Under the pieces are notes generated by a model that saw nothing but the letters and a program-made list of their open reading frames with translations, did not search any database and had not been told where the DNA came from. A stretch of DNA of 25,152 bases from a virus (Duplodnaviria; Caudoviricetes). Location of the stretch: positions 1 through 25,152 of the IMG/VR virus record IMGVR_UViG_3300012231_000046. One strand, 5' to 3'. How positions within the stretch are numbered: position 1 is the stretch's first letter; each line of letters starts with the position of its first letter. A program made the position numbers and the translations under genes. Positions 17,012-24,759 of this stretch are shown one piece after another.

Positions 17012-17042
17012 GCAAAGTTACCTTCATACGGAAAAAATTTCA

Positions 17043-17375
17043 ATGGCAATAAACCCACACATTGAGAAACTAAAAAGAGAAGCCGCCGAGCTTTATGTTG
17101 AAACTAGAGTCTGTATGGATTGTCGTTTCTATGATAGAAATTACGGCCACCCCAAATGCAAAGAGACCGGCGAATTTATCTCAATGGAACGTGCTCATGT
17201 CCATGCAAGCCTCAGTCGCTGCGGTCCAGATGGTTTACTATGGCAAAAACGCCAGGAGAGTAAAATGACAAGCAATCTTATAGTGATGGTATTGCTATAC
17301 TTCGCAATGGGCTTTGCAATAGGCTTCTTCGGCTTACAACTCTTGAGTTGGCTCGTACAATTCCTTACTCGATAG
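17043..17375 (+). CDS. Cys-rich membrane-anchored hypothetical protein
   Basis: CMDC...C...RCGPDG.LW motif and a C-terminal TM segment. Confidence 0.7.
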   Translation: MAINPHIEKLKREAAELYVETRVCMDCRFYDRNYGHPKCKETGEFISMERAHVHASLSRCGPDGLLWQKRQESKMTSNLIVMVLLYFAMGFAIGFFGLQLLSWLVQFLTR

Positions 17376-17383
17376 GATAGCCG

Positions 17384-17620
17384 ATGCAATGGATTCAAAA
17401 AGTCGCCTTGTGTACGCTCATCGTCTATCTCTTATTGCGATCTGCAGGAGCCTTATCGATCATTCAAATTTTTGCCATGATACTCATGCCGTCGAAATAT
17501 GAAATGTCGATTATACCATTCGCTACGTTTTATGTTGCTTTTTGCCTGGAAAGATATACAGTGTACCTATTACACCGACATGGCGTCAATGATGTCTTGG
17601 ATAAGATGGACAAGGAGTAA
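17384..17620 (+). CDS. Small membrane protein
   Basis: Hydrophobic helices; AGGA RBS. Confidence 0.65.
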   Translation: MQWIQKVALCTLIVYLLLRSAGALSIIQIFAMILMPSKYEMSIIPFATFYVAFCLERYTVYLLHRHGVNDVLDKMDKE

Positions 17621-17623
17621 GTG

Positions 17624-17908
17624 ATGAAATTGGATCGTGACAATTTGGTTGAAAATCTTCAGCGGCTCAAATTGCAAATCGTGTTTGCCAAGGCTGACGG
17701 CAGTCTGCGTAGTCTTTTCTGCACATTGCGCGAGGATTGTTTGCCTGACGAGATAAAGCAAAAGAAAACTGCTAAGAAGAAGAAAAACGCCGAAACTCTT
17801 CTATCGGTTTGGGACTTGGAAAAGAAGGCGTGGCGCTCATTCCATTGCGACCAAATAGCTGCTGTACTGCAAATGGAGAGTGAAGATGCCCCATCCGAAA
17901 AAGAATAG
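17624..17908 (+). CDS. WYL-like/SH3-fold phage protein (DUF2693-like)
   Basis: F.KADGSLR...CTL...VWDLEKKAWRSF; AAGGAG RBS favours ATG 17624. Confidence 0.75.
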   Translation: MKLDRDNLVENLQRLKLQIVFAKADGSLRSLFCTLREDCLPDEIKQKKTAKKKKNAETLLSVWDLEKKAWRSFHCDQIAAVLQMESEDAPSEKE

Positions 17909-17972
17909 ACCAAGAACAGGGCGAAGAAAAATCGGTAGCAAGAAGCGAAAATCTAAGAGGAAAAAGAAATGA
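17886..17972 (+). CDS. 28-aa ultra-basic peptide MPHPKKNRPRTGRRKIGSKKRKSKRKKK, not in the ORF track
   Basis: GGAG RBS at 17875-17878; fills the gap; the stop overlaps the next start (ATGA). Confidence 0.7.
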   Translation: MPHPKKNRPRTGRRKIGSKKRKSKRKKK

Positions 17973-18199
17973 AAACGCGCGCTGAAAGACGGCACCATGA
18001 ACAACGTATGAGAGCAAAAGTCAGAAAGAACTACGAAGTGCAGCAACATAGACAGTTTGGTGAAGATCACTATAAGGAAGTTATCGCACGTCGCGCCACA
18101 ACCAGAAAGCCTTGCTCTTGCTGGATGTGCGGCAATCCAAGGAAGTTTTTTGGTGAAAAGACAATCCAAGAAAAAAGGGCTGAATTCAATGAGCAGTGA
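17969..18199 (+). CDS. Small basic protein with a PCSCWMCGNPRK motif
   Basis: GAGG RBS; Cys motif recognised from phage hypotheticals. Confidence 0.75.
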   Translation: MKTRAERRHHEQRMRAKVRKNYEVQQHRQFGEDHYKEVIARRATTRKPCSCWMCGNPRKFFGEKTIQEKRAEFNEQ

Positions 18200-18488
18200 T
18201 AATGGCATATTTGTATTACAAACAAGTGGTCCAGAATTTCGTATTGGTAGATGTCAATCTATCGATAACATCTATGCTACGTTTATTACCGAGACTTTAT
18301 CGTGGACACCAAATGCCACGGCCATCGTGAAATTGTTCGACAAGTCGGCCGTCTATGGTAGCCTGGACGAAGCTTGGGATGCGGCCTATGCCCTTGACGA
18401 TGCCGAAGAGTATAGTGAATACGGCGTTTGCCTGATAAAAGAATTCCAAAATTATCTTTATACAGACCTTCTGGAACAGGCGAAATGA
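18189..18488 (+). CDS. Phage hypothetical protein (MSSDNGIF...EYSEYGV)
   Basis: Start moved to 18189; overlaps both neighbours by a few nt. Confidence 0.7.
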   Translation: MSSDNGIFVLQTSGPEFRIGRCQSIDNIYATFITETLSWTPNATAIVKLFDKSAVYGSLDEAWDAAYALDDAEEYSEYGVCLIKEFQNYLYTDLLEQAK

Positions 18489-19183
18489 AGCAAAGGCGGT
18501 CGGTTGGCGACATTTTCTATGGTCCAGAACCAACGCTAACAGTAGACAGTACACTCCACGATATTGGTACCAGCTACAATTGGTTCAATTATTTTTTTGA
18601 CAATGATGACGCCAAGCAATTCGTAATCGACTATCTCAAGGCAAAGAAACTGAGCAAGGCGCAAATCGCGCTTATCAATGATATTGATGCAACCAAGTTA
18701 CGCACCATTGGCTGGAATTGTCGCTTAATGACCAAGGGCGATCTTCCTGAGGCCATCAAGAACAAGACGCTGGACAAGCTCAGCGCCTTGATGAACGAGG
18801 CCAAGAAGCAAAAAAAGCCCAAACGTGAGGCCCCTGCCTTATCGGTACAGGACCATATTCGCGAAAGGGTCGAAGAATTAATTGGTACATTGGAAGAACA
18901 GGTTGACATATTGATTCGTGAAGGTAAAAATGATGAATTCAATCCCGCTGCATGGTTTCAGATTGAAGACATTAAGCCGCAGATTGCCAAGAAAATTCAG
19001 AATTATTATCAACCACTTAGACATGAATTAGGGGAGGCGCTTGCAACCAAAGACCCTGGCTATGATCGCTGGTCGAGGGCCGAATTGAAGAAATATTATG
19101 CCTTTATTGATGCCATTATCGAAGCCGGTAATCTCAAGACTGTCCCAAGGAAAAAACGTACAAAGGCGCAAAAGCCTAAATAG
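18485..19183 (+). CDS. Conserved T4-like hypothetical protein
   Basis: YGPEP, YNWFNYF, SVQDHIRE motifs; start at ATG 18485 (ATGA overlap). Confidence 0.7.
   Translation: MKQRRSVGDIFYGPEPTLTVDSTLHDIGTSYNWFNYFFDNDDAKQFVIDYLKAKKLSKAQIALINDIDATKLRTIGWNCRLMTKGDLPEAIKNKTLDKLSALMNEAKKQKKPKREAPALSVQDHIRERVEELIGTLEEQVDILIREGKNDEFNPAAWFQIEDIKPQIAKKIQNYYQPLRHELGEALATKDPGYDRWSRAELKKYYAFIDAIIEAGNLKTVPRKKRTKAQKPK
19177..19182 (+). promoter_or_regulatory. T4-like late promoter core (CCTAAATA)
   Basis: 39 nt before ATG 19216. Confidence 0.45.
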
Positions 19184-19215
19184 TAGTCATAAAGGGGCAG
19201 TCGAGGGAAACCAAG

Positions 19216-19566
19216 ATGACCATCACTATCAAGAACAATGTCGTTGAATTCCCGAAAAGTCGCATGGTTAGGGATGTTGATGAGATGCCAGAAGTATTGA
19301 AATTCAAGGAAAAAGGGCTGAAGAATTATGCCGATATGACTGTTCGTCAGATATCTGATATGATTCTGCAGGAATTGAGCAATGCTGGAATTGACATCAC
19401 AACTGACGCTTTCTTGAAAGATTTCTATTGCACGGCAGCACTGTTGCATGCTGCAGTGTACAGAACATTCGAAGTACCGCATCCTTGTCATGAATGGATT
19501 GACAGCAACAAAATAGAAGTGGATAGAACTTTGCTTGAAAATATCGATCTAGATGCCATAGAATGA
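19216..19566 (+). CDS. Hypothetical protein upstream of RNase H
   Basis: GAGGG RBS; NVVEFP N-terminus. Confidence 0.75.
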   Translation: MTITIKNNVVEFPKSRMVRDVDEMPEVLKFKEKGLKNYADMTVRQISDMILQELSNAGIDITTDAFLKDFYCTAALLHAAVYRTFEVPHPCHEWIDSNKIEVDRTLLENIDLDAIE

Positions 19567-19589
19567 ACCTAATGTGAAATGGAAATGAA

Positions 19590-20444
19590 ATGATTCTAGT
19601 TGACCTTTCCCAGGTATTGATATCGTCAATCATGGTGTATTTGAACAGCGAACCTAATGCCTCACTCAACGAAAATTTGATCCGACACATATCGTTGAAC
19701 TGTTTACGTTCATATAACAGACAGTTTCATACAAAATTTGGCAACATCGTGATCTGCTGTGATAGCCGCCATTACTGGCGTCGCGATGCTTTCCCATACT
19801 ATAAAGCCAACCGCAAACTGGACCGCGATAATTCCAAATATGACTGGACACTGATTTTCGACGTAATCAATAAAATTCGCAACGAATTGAAAGAATACTA
19901 TCCACACAAGGTCATCGAAGTGGACGGCACCGAGGCCGACGATATCATTGCAGTATTGTCGGCAAGGTTTTCGCCAACTGAGCCGGTGCTTATTCTGTCA
20001 TCAGACAAAGATTTTATTCAATTGCAGAAGCACAAAAATGTGCAGCAGTTTAGTCCAAAACTCAAACGGTTCATTCGCGCCGATGATCCTGCACAATTCA
20101 TCAGGGAACACATTATTCGTGGTGACCGGCGCGATGGCATCCCGAATTTTCTTTCGCCCGACGATGTATTCGTGACCAATGAGCGCCAGCGACGCATCAC
20201 GAAGGTGGCAATGGCAGAATGGCTGGTCGGCAATCCAGCCGAATTTTGTGATACCGATGCCAAGCGGCGCGGTTACAATCGGAATGAAATTTTGGTCAAT
20301 TTTGATTTCATTCCGTGTGATCTGGTCGCGAAGATCAATGAAACCTATGATACTGTCATCGCCAGCCCAAGAGCATCGATGGTGTCGTATATGATCAAGA
20401 CAGGAATAGTGACTGCATTGGTTGAACAAGCAGATGAATTTTAG
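19590..20444 (+). CDS. rnh: T4-type RNase H / 5'-3' exonuclease
   Basis: MILVD, YWRR..FPYYKANRK, EADDIIA, ILSSDKDFIQLQ, GDRRDGIPN. Confidence 0.95.
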   Translation: MILVDLSQVLISSIMVYLNSEPNASLNENLIRHISLNCLRSYNRQFHTKFGNIVICCDSRHYWRRDAFPYYKANRKLDRDNSKYDWTLIFDVINKIRNELKEYYPHKVIEVDGTEADDIIAVLSARFSPTEPVLILSSDKDFIQLQKHKNVQQFSPKLKRFIRADDPAQFIREHIIRGDRRDGIPNFLSPDDVFVTNERQRRITKVAMAEWLVGNPAEFCDTDAKRRGYNRNEILVNFDFIPCDLVAKINETYDTVIASPRASMVSYMIKTGIVTALVEQADEF

Positions 20445-20456
20445 GAGATAGAAAAA

Positions 20457-20879
20457 ATGAAAAACGTTTACGAAATTTTTGAGGAATTTGAGAAGGCGAC
20501 TAAACGCCAGGACCGAGTGAACATTTTGAAGTTCAACGATAACTTTGCCTTGCGTAGTATTCTTCAGGGCACATTCGATAATCGCATCCAATTTGTGTTC
20601 GATGAAATTCCAGCCTATAAGGCATCAGATTCGCCACCCGGCCTGGGTTACACTAATATCAATACCGAAATGCATCGAGCCTATCTGTTCGAGGCCAATA
20701 ACCCAAAGGTGGCACCCGGTCTCACTCTCCAGCGTCGGAAAGAAATTTTAATCCAGATGCTTGAAGCGATGGAGGCAAAGGAAGCCGAAATTTTTGTCAA
20801 TATGTTGCGCAAGAAGCAGAACGTGAAAGGGCTAACACGCGACATTGTAATGGAAGCACTACCTGGGATTATCCAGTAA
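20457..20879 (+). CDS. Conserved T4-like hypothetical protein
   Basis: AGGAG RBS; RRKEILIQMLE....EAE motif typical of the gene after rnh. Confidence 0.75.
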   Translation: MKNVYEIFEEFEKATKRQDRVNILKFNDNFALRSILQGTFDNRIQFVFDEIPAYKASDSPPGLGYTNINTEMHRAYLFEANNPKVAPGLTLQRRKEILIQMLEAMEAKEAEIFVNMLRKKQNVKGLTRDIVMEALPGIIQ

Positions 20880-20899
20880 CAACGAGGCTTGAAAGTTCT

Positions 20900-21070
20900 A
20901 TGAAGAAGACTGTAAAACATTCCAAAAATGAAAAGTATGAAGATGATTATTTTGAAGGGCAAGTGAAACGTAAGGAAAAGCCACGACGGCCAATACGTAA
21001 TTGGGTAAAGGCATGGCAAAGTCATGAAGCAGATTATGATGAATACTATGAGGAATTTCATAACAAGTAG
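20900..21070 (+). CDS. Small charged hypothetical protein (56 aa), not in the ORF track
   Basis: MKKTVKHSKNEKYEDDYFEG...RNWVKAW...EEFHNK; fills the gap on the coding strand. Confidence 0.65.
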   Translation: MKKTVKHSKNEKYEDDYFEGQVKRKEKPRRPIRNWVKAWQSHEADYDEYYEEFHNK

Positions 21071-21096
21071 ATAATGTTAAGAAGGTGAACATTACC

Positions 21097-21102
21097 TAAA
21101 TA
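21097..21102 (+). promoter_or_regulatory. T4-like late promoter core (CCTAAATA)
   Basis: Just upstream of a CTS-bearing gene. Confidence 0.65.
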
Positions 21103-21122
21103 AAAACAAAAAGAAGGGGCTA

Positions 21123-21641
21123 ATGATGTTCACCTTTAAGCAATTTCTATTGGAAGGAAATCCCTTAGCCAGAAAATTTGGCTTGGAAAAAAAGGGACAC
21201 ACTTCATTCATGGTTTCTGCAGAGCGTAAATCACGAACACCTAAAGGAAACAAATACGCCGAAGATCGTGCGAAACGCTATTTGACCAGGAAGAAAATCG
21301 GTTACCGCAACACTGCAGGTAAATGGGATGAGGGCGGCGGCGTGGGTCGAGAAACATCAATGAATGTGCAAACCAAAAATCCAACGCCACGCGAATCTCG
21401 CAGGGTTGAACGGGCAGTAAAACATGTTGCTAAAAAATGGAAACAAGACGCATACATCAAGATTGACAAAAAAGGCACCGGCGTTGCTCATTATACCAAT
21501 GATACCCCAGACTACAAGAAAGGGGCCAAAGTCGAATATGGCGACACTCACTACAATGTTGACAATCCTTATGGTGTCACTCAATACAAGCCTAGACGAC
21601 CGGAAGAAAAACGGCCCCGCTTCGCTTTCATGCCCAAATAG
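21123..21641 (+). CDS. Internal head protein with CTS; DUF3293-like domain
   Basis: MFTFKQFLLE CTS (start may be 21126); VSAER...GY....G.W.E...E.S..V...AKKWKQDA. Confidence 0.7.
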   Translation: MMFTFKQFLLEGNPLARKFGLEKKGHTSFMVSAERKSRTPKGNKYAEDRAKRYLTRKKIGYRNTAGKWDEGGGVGRETSMNVQTKNPTPRESRRVERAVKHVAKKWKQDAYIKIDKKGTGVAHYTNDTPDYKKGAKVEYGDTHYNVDNPYGVTQYKPRRPEEKRPRFAFMPK

Positions 21642-21645
21642 GAGC

Positions 21646-21689
21646 GCGACAAAATGTCGCATTGAATGAGGCATAGTCTATGCTAGCAT
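21646..21689 (+). promoter_or_regulatory. Putative early promoter with two palindromes
   Basis: GCGACA-aaa-TGTCGC, then TTGAAT, 16 nt spacer, TAGCAT (TG-extended); GCATAG-t-CTATGC lies in the spacer. Confidence 0.45.
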
Positions 21690-21725
21690 ATTTTACTTAA
21701 TTTGTCCGTATAAGGAATACCCTGA

Positions 21726-22166
21726 ATGAAAAAGGGAGACGACGAATATAAAACGAAGCTGTGGGAATATTTCGCTTCGAAGGGCGGCAACCCGTGTCAA
21801 ACCGGAATTGCCGTTCAGGGTTGGTATTTGGCGCGCGAGAAGGAGTTCGTTGAACTGATGGAACAGAGTGGTCAGATGGGCAAGATGGATCGAGACGTTC
21901 CCTGGACCCTTGGGGAAATCAGGACAAAATTTAGCAATGCTGCCGCTTTCCGCAAAATCATCGCAGCCGGTGGCATCACAGATCGGCCGGAAGCCGAAGC
22001 GGGCGACGTAATTCGGGAAGTGTATGGAGAACTTACACCAAAAAATTTCGACAGTATGAGCGATATGGTTGGGTTTTTCGCTGCTCGACAGAACCTCGTG
22101 TATCGCTTGATCAAGGAAGAACTTAAGCAAAATACAATGTACTCGCGAAAACAGCACGACAACTGA
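21726..22166 (+). CDS. Hypothetical protein
   Basis: TAAGGA RBS; followed by a terminator. Confidence 0.75.
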   Translation: MKKGDDEYKTKLWEYFASKGGNPCQTGIAVQGWYLAREKEFVELMEQSGQMGKMDRDVPWTLGEIRTKFSNAAAFRKIIAAGGITDRPEAEAGDVIREVYGELTPKNFDSMSDMVGFFAARQNLVYRLIKEELKQNTMYSRKQHDN

Positions 22167-22190
22167 TCAAGTCAAAAATGCAGGAGAAAC

Positions 22191-22223
22191 AGGGGGTTGC
22201 TTTCAGCAGCCCCTCTTTTTTTT
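22191..22223 (+). terminator. Rho-independent terminator
   Basis: GGGGTTGC-tttca-GCAGCCCC stem followed by a T8 tract. Confidence 0.85.
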
Positions 22224-22276
22224 CATAGCTGCTATGCGTCTGGCGCATTTGCTTTTCCATGAAATTTCATTTATAT
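22193..22276 (+). repeat. Terminator-promoter cassette, copy 1
   Basis: About 90% identical (76/84 by manual alignment) to 23165-23248. Confidence 0.9.
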
Positions 22277-22277
22277 G
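22249..22277 (+). promoter_or_regulatory. Sigma70-type early promoter
   Basis: TTGCTT, 17 nt spacer, TATATG. Confidence 0.7.
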
Positions 22278-22310
22278 TACTTATATCGGAAGACAGAAAG
22301 GGATAGAAAA

Positions 22311-23153
22311 ATGGCTCGGACAGACATTCATCGCCCATCTGCTATAGTACCCTCTGAATATCGGTGGGTCGGTTTCGAATATTCTCGCATTGATAGCCTT
22401 GGCGATGCCATTTTCATGCAGCACGAGCGCGAGCGCATCAAGGCACATATGGCACAGACCGGCGGCACTTATTCCAAGCATGCCCATGGCGGCAACTGCA
22501 TGGTATGCGGCAACGCCAATGCCATTTACACGGTGCTTTTCCACCATGCCAAGTCAAACACTTACGTTCGCATGGGTCAGGATTGCGCGCACAAGTGTGA
22601 TTGTGCCTATGATGACAATGCGTTTCGACGCTTTTGCGATGCCGCTGTTGCTGCTGAGCACGCCAAGGCAGGCAAGGCCAAGGCACAGGGCATTCTGACC
22701 AATGAGGGCCTGGGCAACGCCTGGACCGTCTACAACAGCGACAATCCAGACAATCACTATGAGGAAAACACCATTAGCGATATGGTCGGCAAGTTGGTCA
22801 AGTATGGCTCGCTGTCGGACAAGCAGTACAGCTTCATGCGCTCCCTGTTGGATAAGATTGCCAATCGGGCGCAGATTGCAGCGGCTCGCGCTGCTGAGCG
22901 TGATGCTGCATTGCCGGTGCCCGAAGGGCGCATGACCATTATCGGTAAGGTGTTGAGCATCAAGGTAAAGGAGACCCGGTACGGCTATGTGTCGAAGATG
23001 TTGGTGCAGTCGCGCGATGGTTGGAAGGTGTATGGATCGCAACCGAAGCATTTGAATAATGTTGAGCGCGGCGACATTGTTGAGTTTACCGCCACCATTG
23101 AAAAGTCGAAGGATGATCCTAAGTTTGGCTTTTTCTCACGGCCGATAGCATGA
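22311..23153 (+). CDS. Early protein with a Zn-binding motif and a C-terminal OB-fold-like domain
   Basis: CMVCG...H...GQDC; GRMTIIGKVLSIK...GWKVYGS...GDIVEFTATI...FFSRP; start moved to 22311 (AGGGA RBS, downstream of the promoter). Confidence 0.75.
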   Translation: MARTDIHRPSAIVPSEYRWVGFEYSRIDSLGDAIFMQHERERIKAHMAQTGGTYSKHAHGGNCMVCGNANAIYTVLFHHAKSNTYVRMGQDCAHKCDCAYDDNAFRRFCDAAVAAEHAKAGKAKAQGILTNEGLGNAWTVYNSDNPDNHYEENTISDMVGKLVKYGSLSDKQYSFMRSLLDKIANRAQIAAARAAERDAALPVPEGRMTIIGKVLSIKVKETRYGYVSKMLVQSRDGWKVYGSQPKHLNNVERGDIVEFTATIEKSKDDPKFGFFSRPIA

Positions 23154-23161
23154 GCTACACG

Positions 23162-23195
23162 AGAGGGGTTGCTTTTGGCAGTCCCTCTTTTTTTT
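23162..23195 (+). terminator. Rho-independent terminator
   Basis: AGAGGGGTTGC-ttttg-GCAGTCCCTCT stem running into a T8 tract. Confidence 0.85.
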
Positions 23196-23248
23196 CATAG
23201 CTGCTATGCGTTTGGTGCAGTTGTATTTCCATGAAATTTCATTTATAT
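23165..23248 (+). repeat. Terminator-promoter cassette, copy 2
   Basis: 972 nt downstream of copy 1. Confidence 0.9.
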
Positions 23249-23249
23249 A
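23221..23249 (+). promoter_or_regulatory. Sigma70-type early promoter
   Basis: TTGTAT, 17 nt spacer, TATATA. Confidence 0.7.
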
Positions 23250-23276
23250 TTTATTAGGAAACAAGGGAGACTAAAA

Positions 23277-23606
23277 ATGGAGGCATGGGCAGCAGTCTTG
23301 ATTGGGTTTGCCTTCATCTTCATTGTTGCTCGAATAAACAAGCGGGCAAGAGTGAAAAGCCCGTTGATACAAAGGGTCGAAAGATTGATTGATGCTGGAT
23401 ATCAGCTTGATCGAGTAATTAAGGCAGGACGGGTGAGGCGAATGGTGGAAGTTGAAGCCGAAGCCGAAATCGAAGCCGCTGCCAAGGTCGAAGTCGAAGC
23501 CGAAATTCAAGCCGAAGTCGCAGCCGAAGCCGCAAGACGGGCTGCACACCACAATAGAATGATGATGGCATATGGATATTGGGTCACTCACCGGAAAGGG
23601 AAGTAA
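23277..23606 (+). CDS. N-terminally membrane-anchored protein with a Glu/Ala repeat
   Basis: GGGAG RBS; TM segment WAAVLIGFAFIFIVA; VEVEAEAEIEAAAKVEVEAE. Confidence 0.75.
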   Translation: MEAWAAVLIGFAFIFIVARINKRARVKSPLIQRVERLIDAGYQLDRVIKAGRVRRMVEVEAEAEIEAAAKVEVEAEIQAEVAAEAARRAAHHNRMMMAYGYWVTHRKGK

Positions 23607-23609
23607 AAA

Positions 23610-23690
23610 ATGGACTCGACAACCGCACTAAACCTCATCGACGAAATGATTAAAGACCTGCGGTGGAAATTTTACCGGAAGGCAAAGTAG
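23610..23690 (+). CDS. 26-aa peptide MDSTTALNLIDEMIKDLRWKFYRKAK
   Basis: Fills the gap; purine-rich upstream sequence. Confidence 0.5.
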   Translation: MDSTTALNLIDEMIKDLRWKFYRKAK

Positions 23691-23705
23691 CAGAGGAGAA
23701 AATCA

Positions 23706-23906
23706 ATGTGGCAGATTGTTTGGACCGTTGACAATGATGTTCTTCCGGTCGACGATGAGTATTTTTATACTTATCAAGAGGCGCATAACGCCGCGCAAAA
23801 CGACTTGGACTTCGCGATGGAAAATATCGAGGAAGTGCGCAAGATGACCGGAATGCCCAAGGGCGTGATCCCTGGGTTCCACCTTGTAAGGCATCAGGTA
23901 CACTAG
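23706..23906 (+). CDS. Small early hypothetical protein
   Basis: GAGGAG RBS. Confidence 0.75.
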   Translation: MWQIVWTVDNDVLPVDDEYFYTYQEAHNAAQNDLDFAMENIEEVRKMTGMPKGVIPGFHLVRHQVH

Positions 23907-23918
23907 GAGGAAACTAAA

Positions 23919-24128
23919 ATGTTTCACAATTTCATCGACATATCTCGCAATAACTACTCCACGATATTATTCATTGGAAGGTGGTGCATAGGTACGGCAC
24001 AGATCGAAAACCAAGGGTGGTCGTGTAGCTTAGAGCGAAGCCGGGATGGGAGTTTGCGTGCCTTGCTGCTGCGAATCCCATTCAGATCGGTCTGTATCGG
24101 CAAGTTTAACCGAAGGAAAACGCAATGA
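23919..24128 (+). CDS. Small early hypothetical protein
   Basis: AGGAGG RBS. Confidence 0.7.
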   Translation: MFHNFIDISRNNYSTILFIGRWCIGTAQIENQGWSCSLERSRDGSLRALLLRIPFRSVCIGKFNRRKTQ

Positions 24129-24361
24129 CTGAGGAAAAAGCAACAGCACTCGCCGTTCTCGCTGTCTACGATATCAAGTCGTTGGACAATCTGGTATGTT
24201 TTTTGAAGAAACTGAAACGCCAGCTTGAATTGACGCTCGATGAGCAGGATGAAGAAATCTCCACTGGAAGCCTCGATCTAGCCATTGATGCAATCGTAGC
24301 ACTTGAGGGAAAGGCAACCGAAACACTTGATAAAACCCTTGATGATGACGATGGAGAATGA
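24125..24361 (+). CDS. Small acidic hypothetical protein
   Basis: AAGGA RBS; ATGA overlap. Confidence 0.7.
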   Translation: MTEEKATALAVLAVYDIKSLDNLVCFLKKLKRQLELTLDEQDEEISTGSLDLAIDAIVALEGKATETLDKTLDDDDGE

Positions 24362-24759
24362 CAGTGGCCTACATCAACGCCGAGCAAACCAAAGTGAAGC
24401 GCAATGCGCTCAAGGCGGCTTTCCCCGGCTGGAAATTTTCGGTGCGCTGTGACAACCATTCCTCACTGGAAGTGCGTATCATAGCGGCCGACATTGACTT
24501 TTTTGCCGATGACGCAACGCTGGGCGACCTAACAGATCGCCTACGCGGTCATAGTAACATTGGGGTCAACCACTACTATCTAGACTCCCAATGGCAGGGC
24601 AAGGCGTTGGCAGCGCTGCGCAAGATTGTTGACATCTGCCAGGAAGGCAACCACGATAATTCCGACATTAGCACCGACTACTTCGATGTCGGCTGGTATC
24701 TACACATCCAGATCGGTGCCTGGGATAAGCCGTTTCAACTCAGAAAGGAGCAAGTGTAA
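24358..24759 (+). CDS. LPD29-like (large polyvalent protein-associated domain) protein
   Basis: LKAAFPGWKFSVR...SSL.V.I...N.DNSD..TDYFDVGWY. Confidence 0.7.
   Translation: MTVAYINAEQTKVKRNALKAAFPGWKFSVRCDNHSSLEVRIIAADIDFFADDATLGDLTDRLRGHSNIGVNHYYLDSQWQGKALAALRKIVDICQEGNHDNSDISTDYFDVGWYLHIQIGAWDKPFQLRKEQV

Noticed and set aside
18057-18188. Upstream extensions given in the ORF track (also 4253, 8924, 11985, 12446, 13060, 15033, 18428, 22275)
   Set aside because: They overlap neighbouring genes or promoters; downstream ATGs generally have RBSs, stop/start coupling or a recognisable N-terminal motif
20001-20591. 196-aa minus-strand ORF
   Set aside because: Antisense shadow of rnh with no recognisable motif; the same applies to the other minus-strand ORFs except 8352-8855
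22554-23051. 165-aa minus-strand ORF and other overlapping ORFs
   Set aside because: Shadows of a GC-rich plus-strand gene that has its own promoter, RBS and terminator
22191-23249. Possible CRISPR array or IS ends
   Set aside because: Only two direct copies about 1 kb apart, no transposase or cas genes; explained as terminator+promoter cassettes
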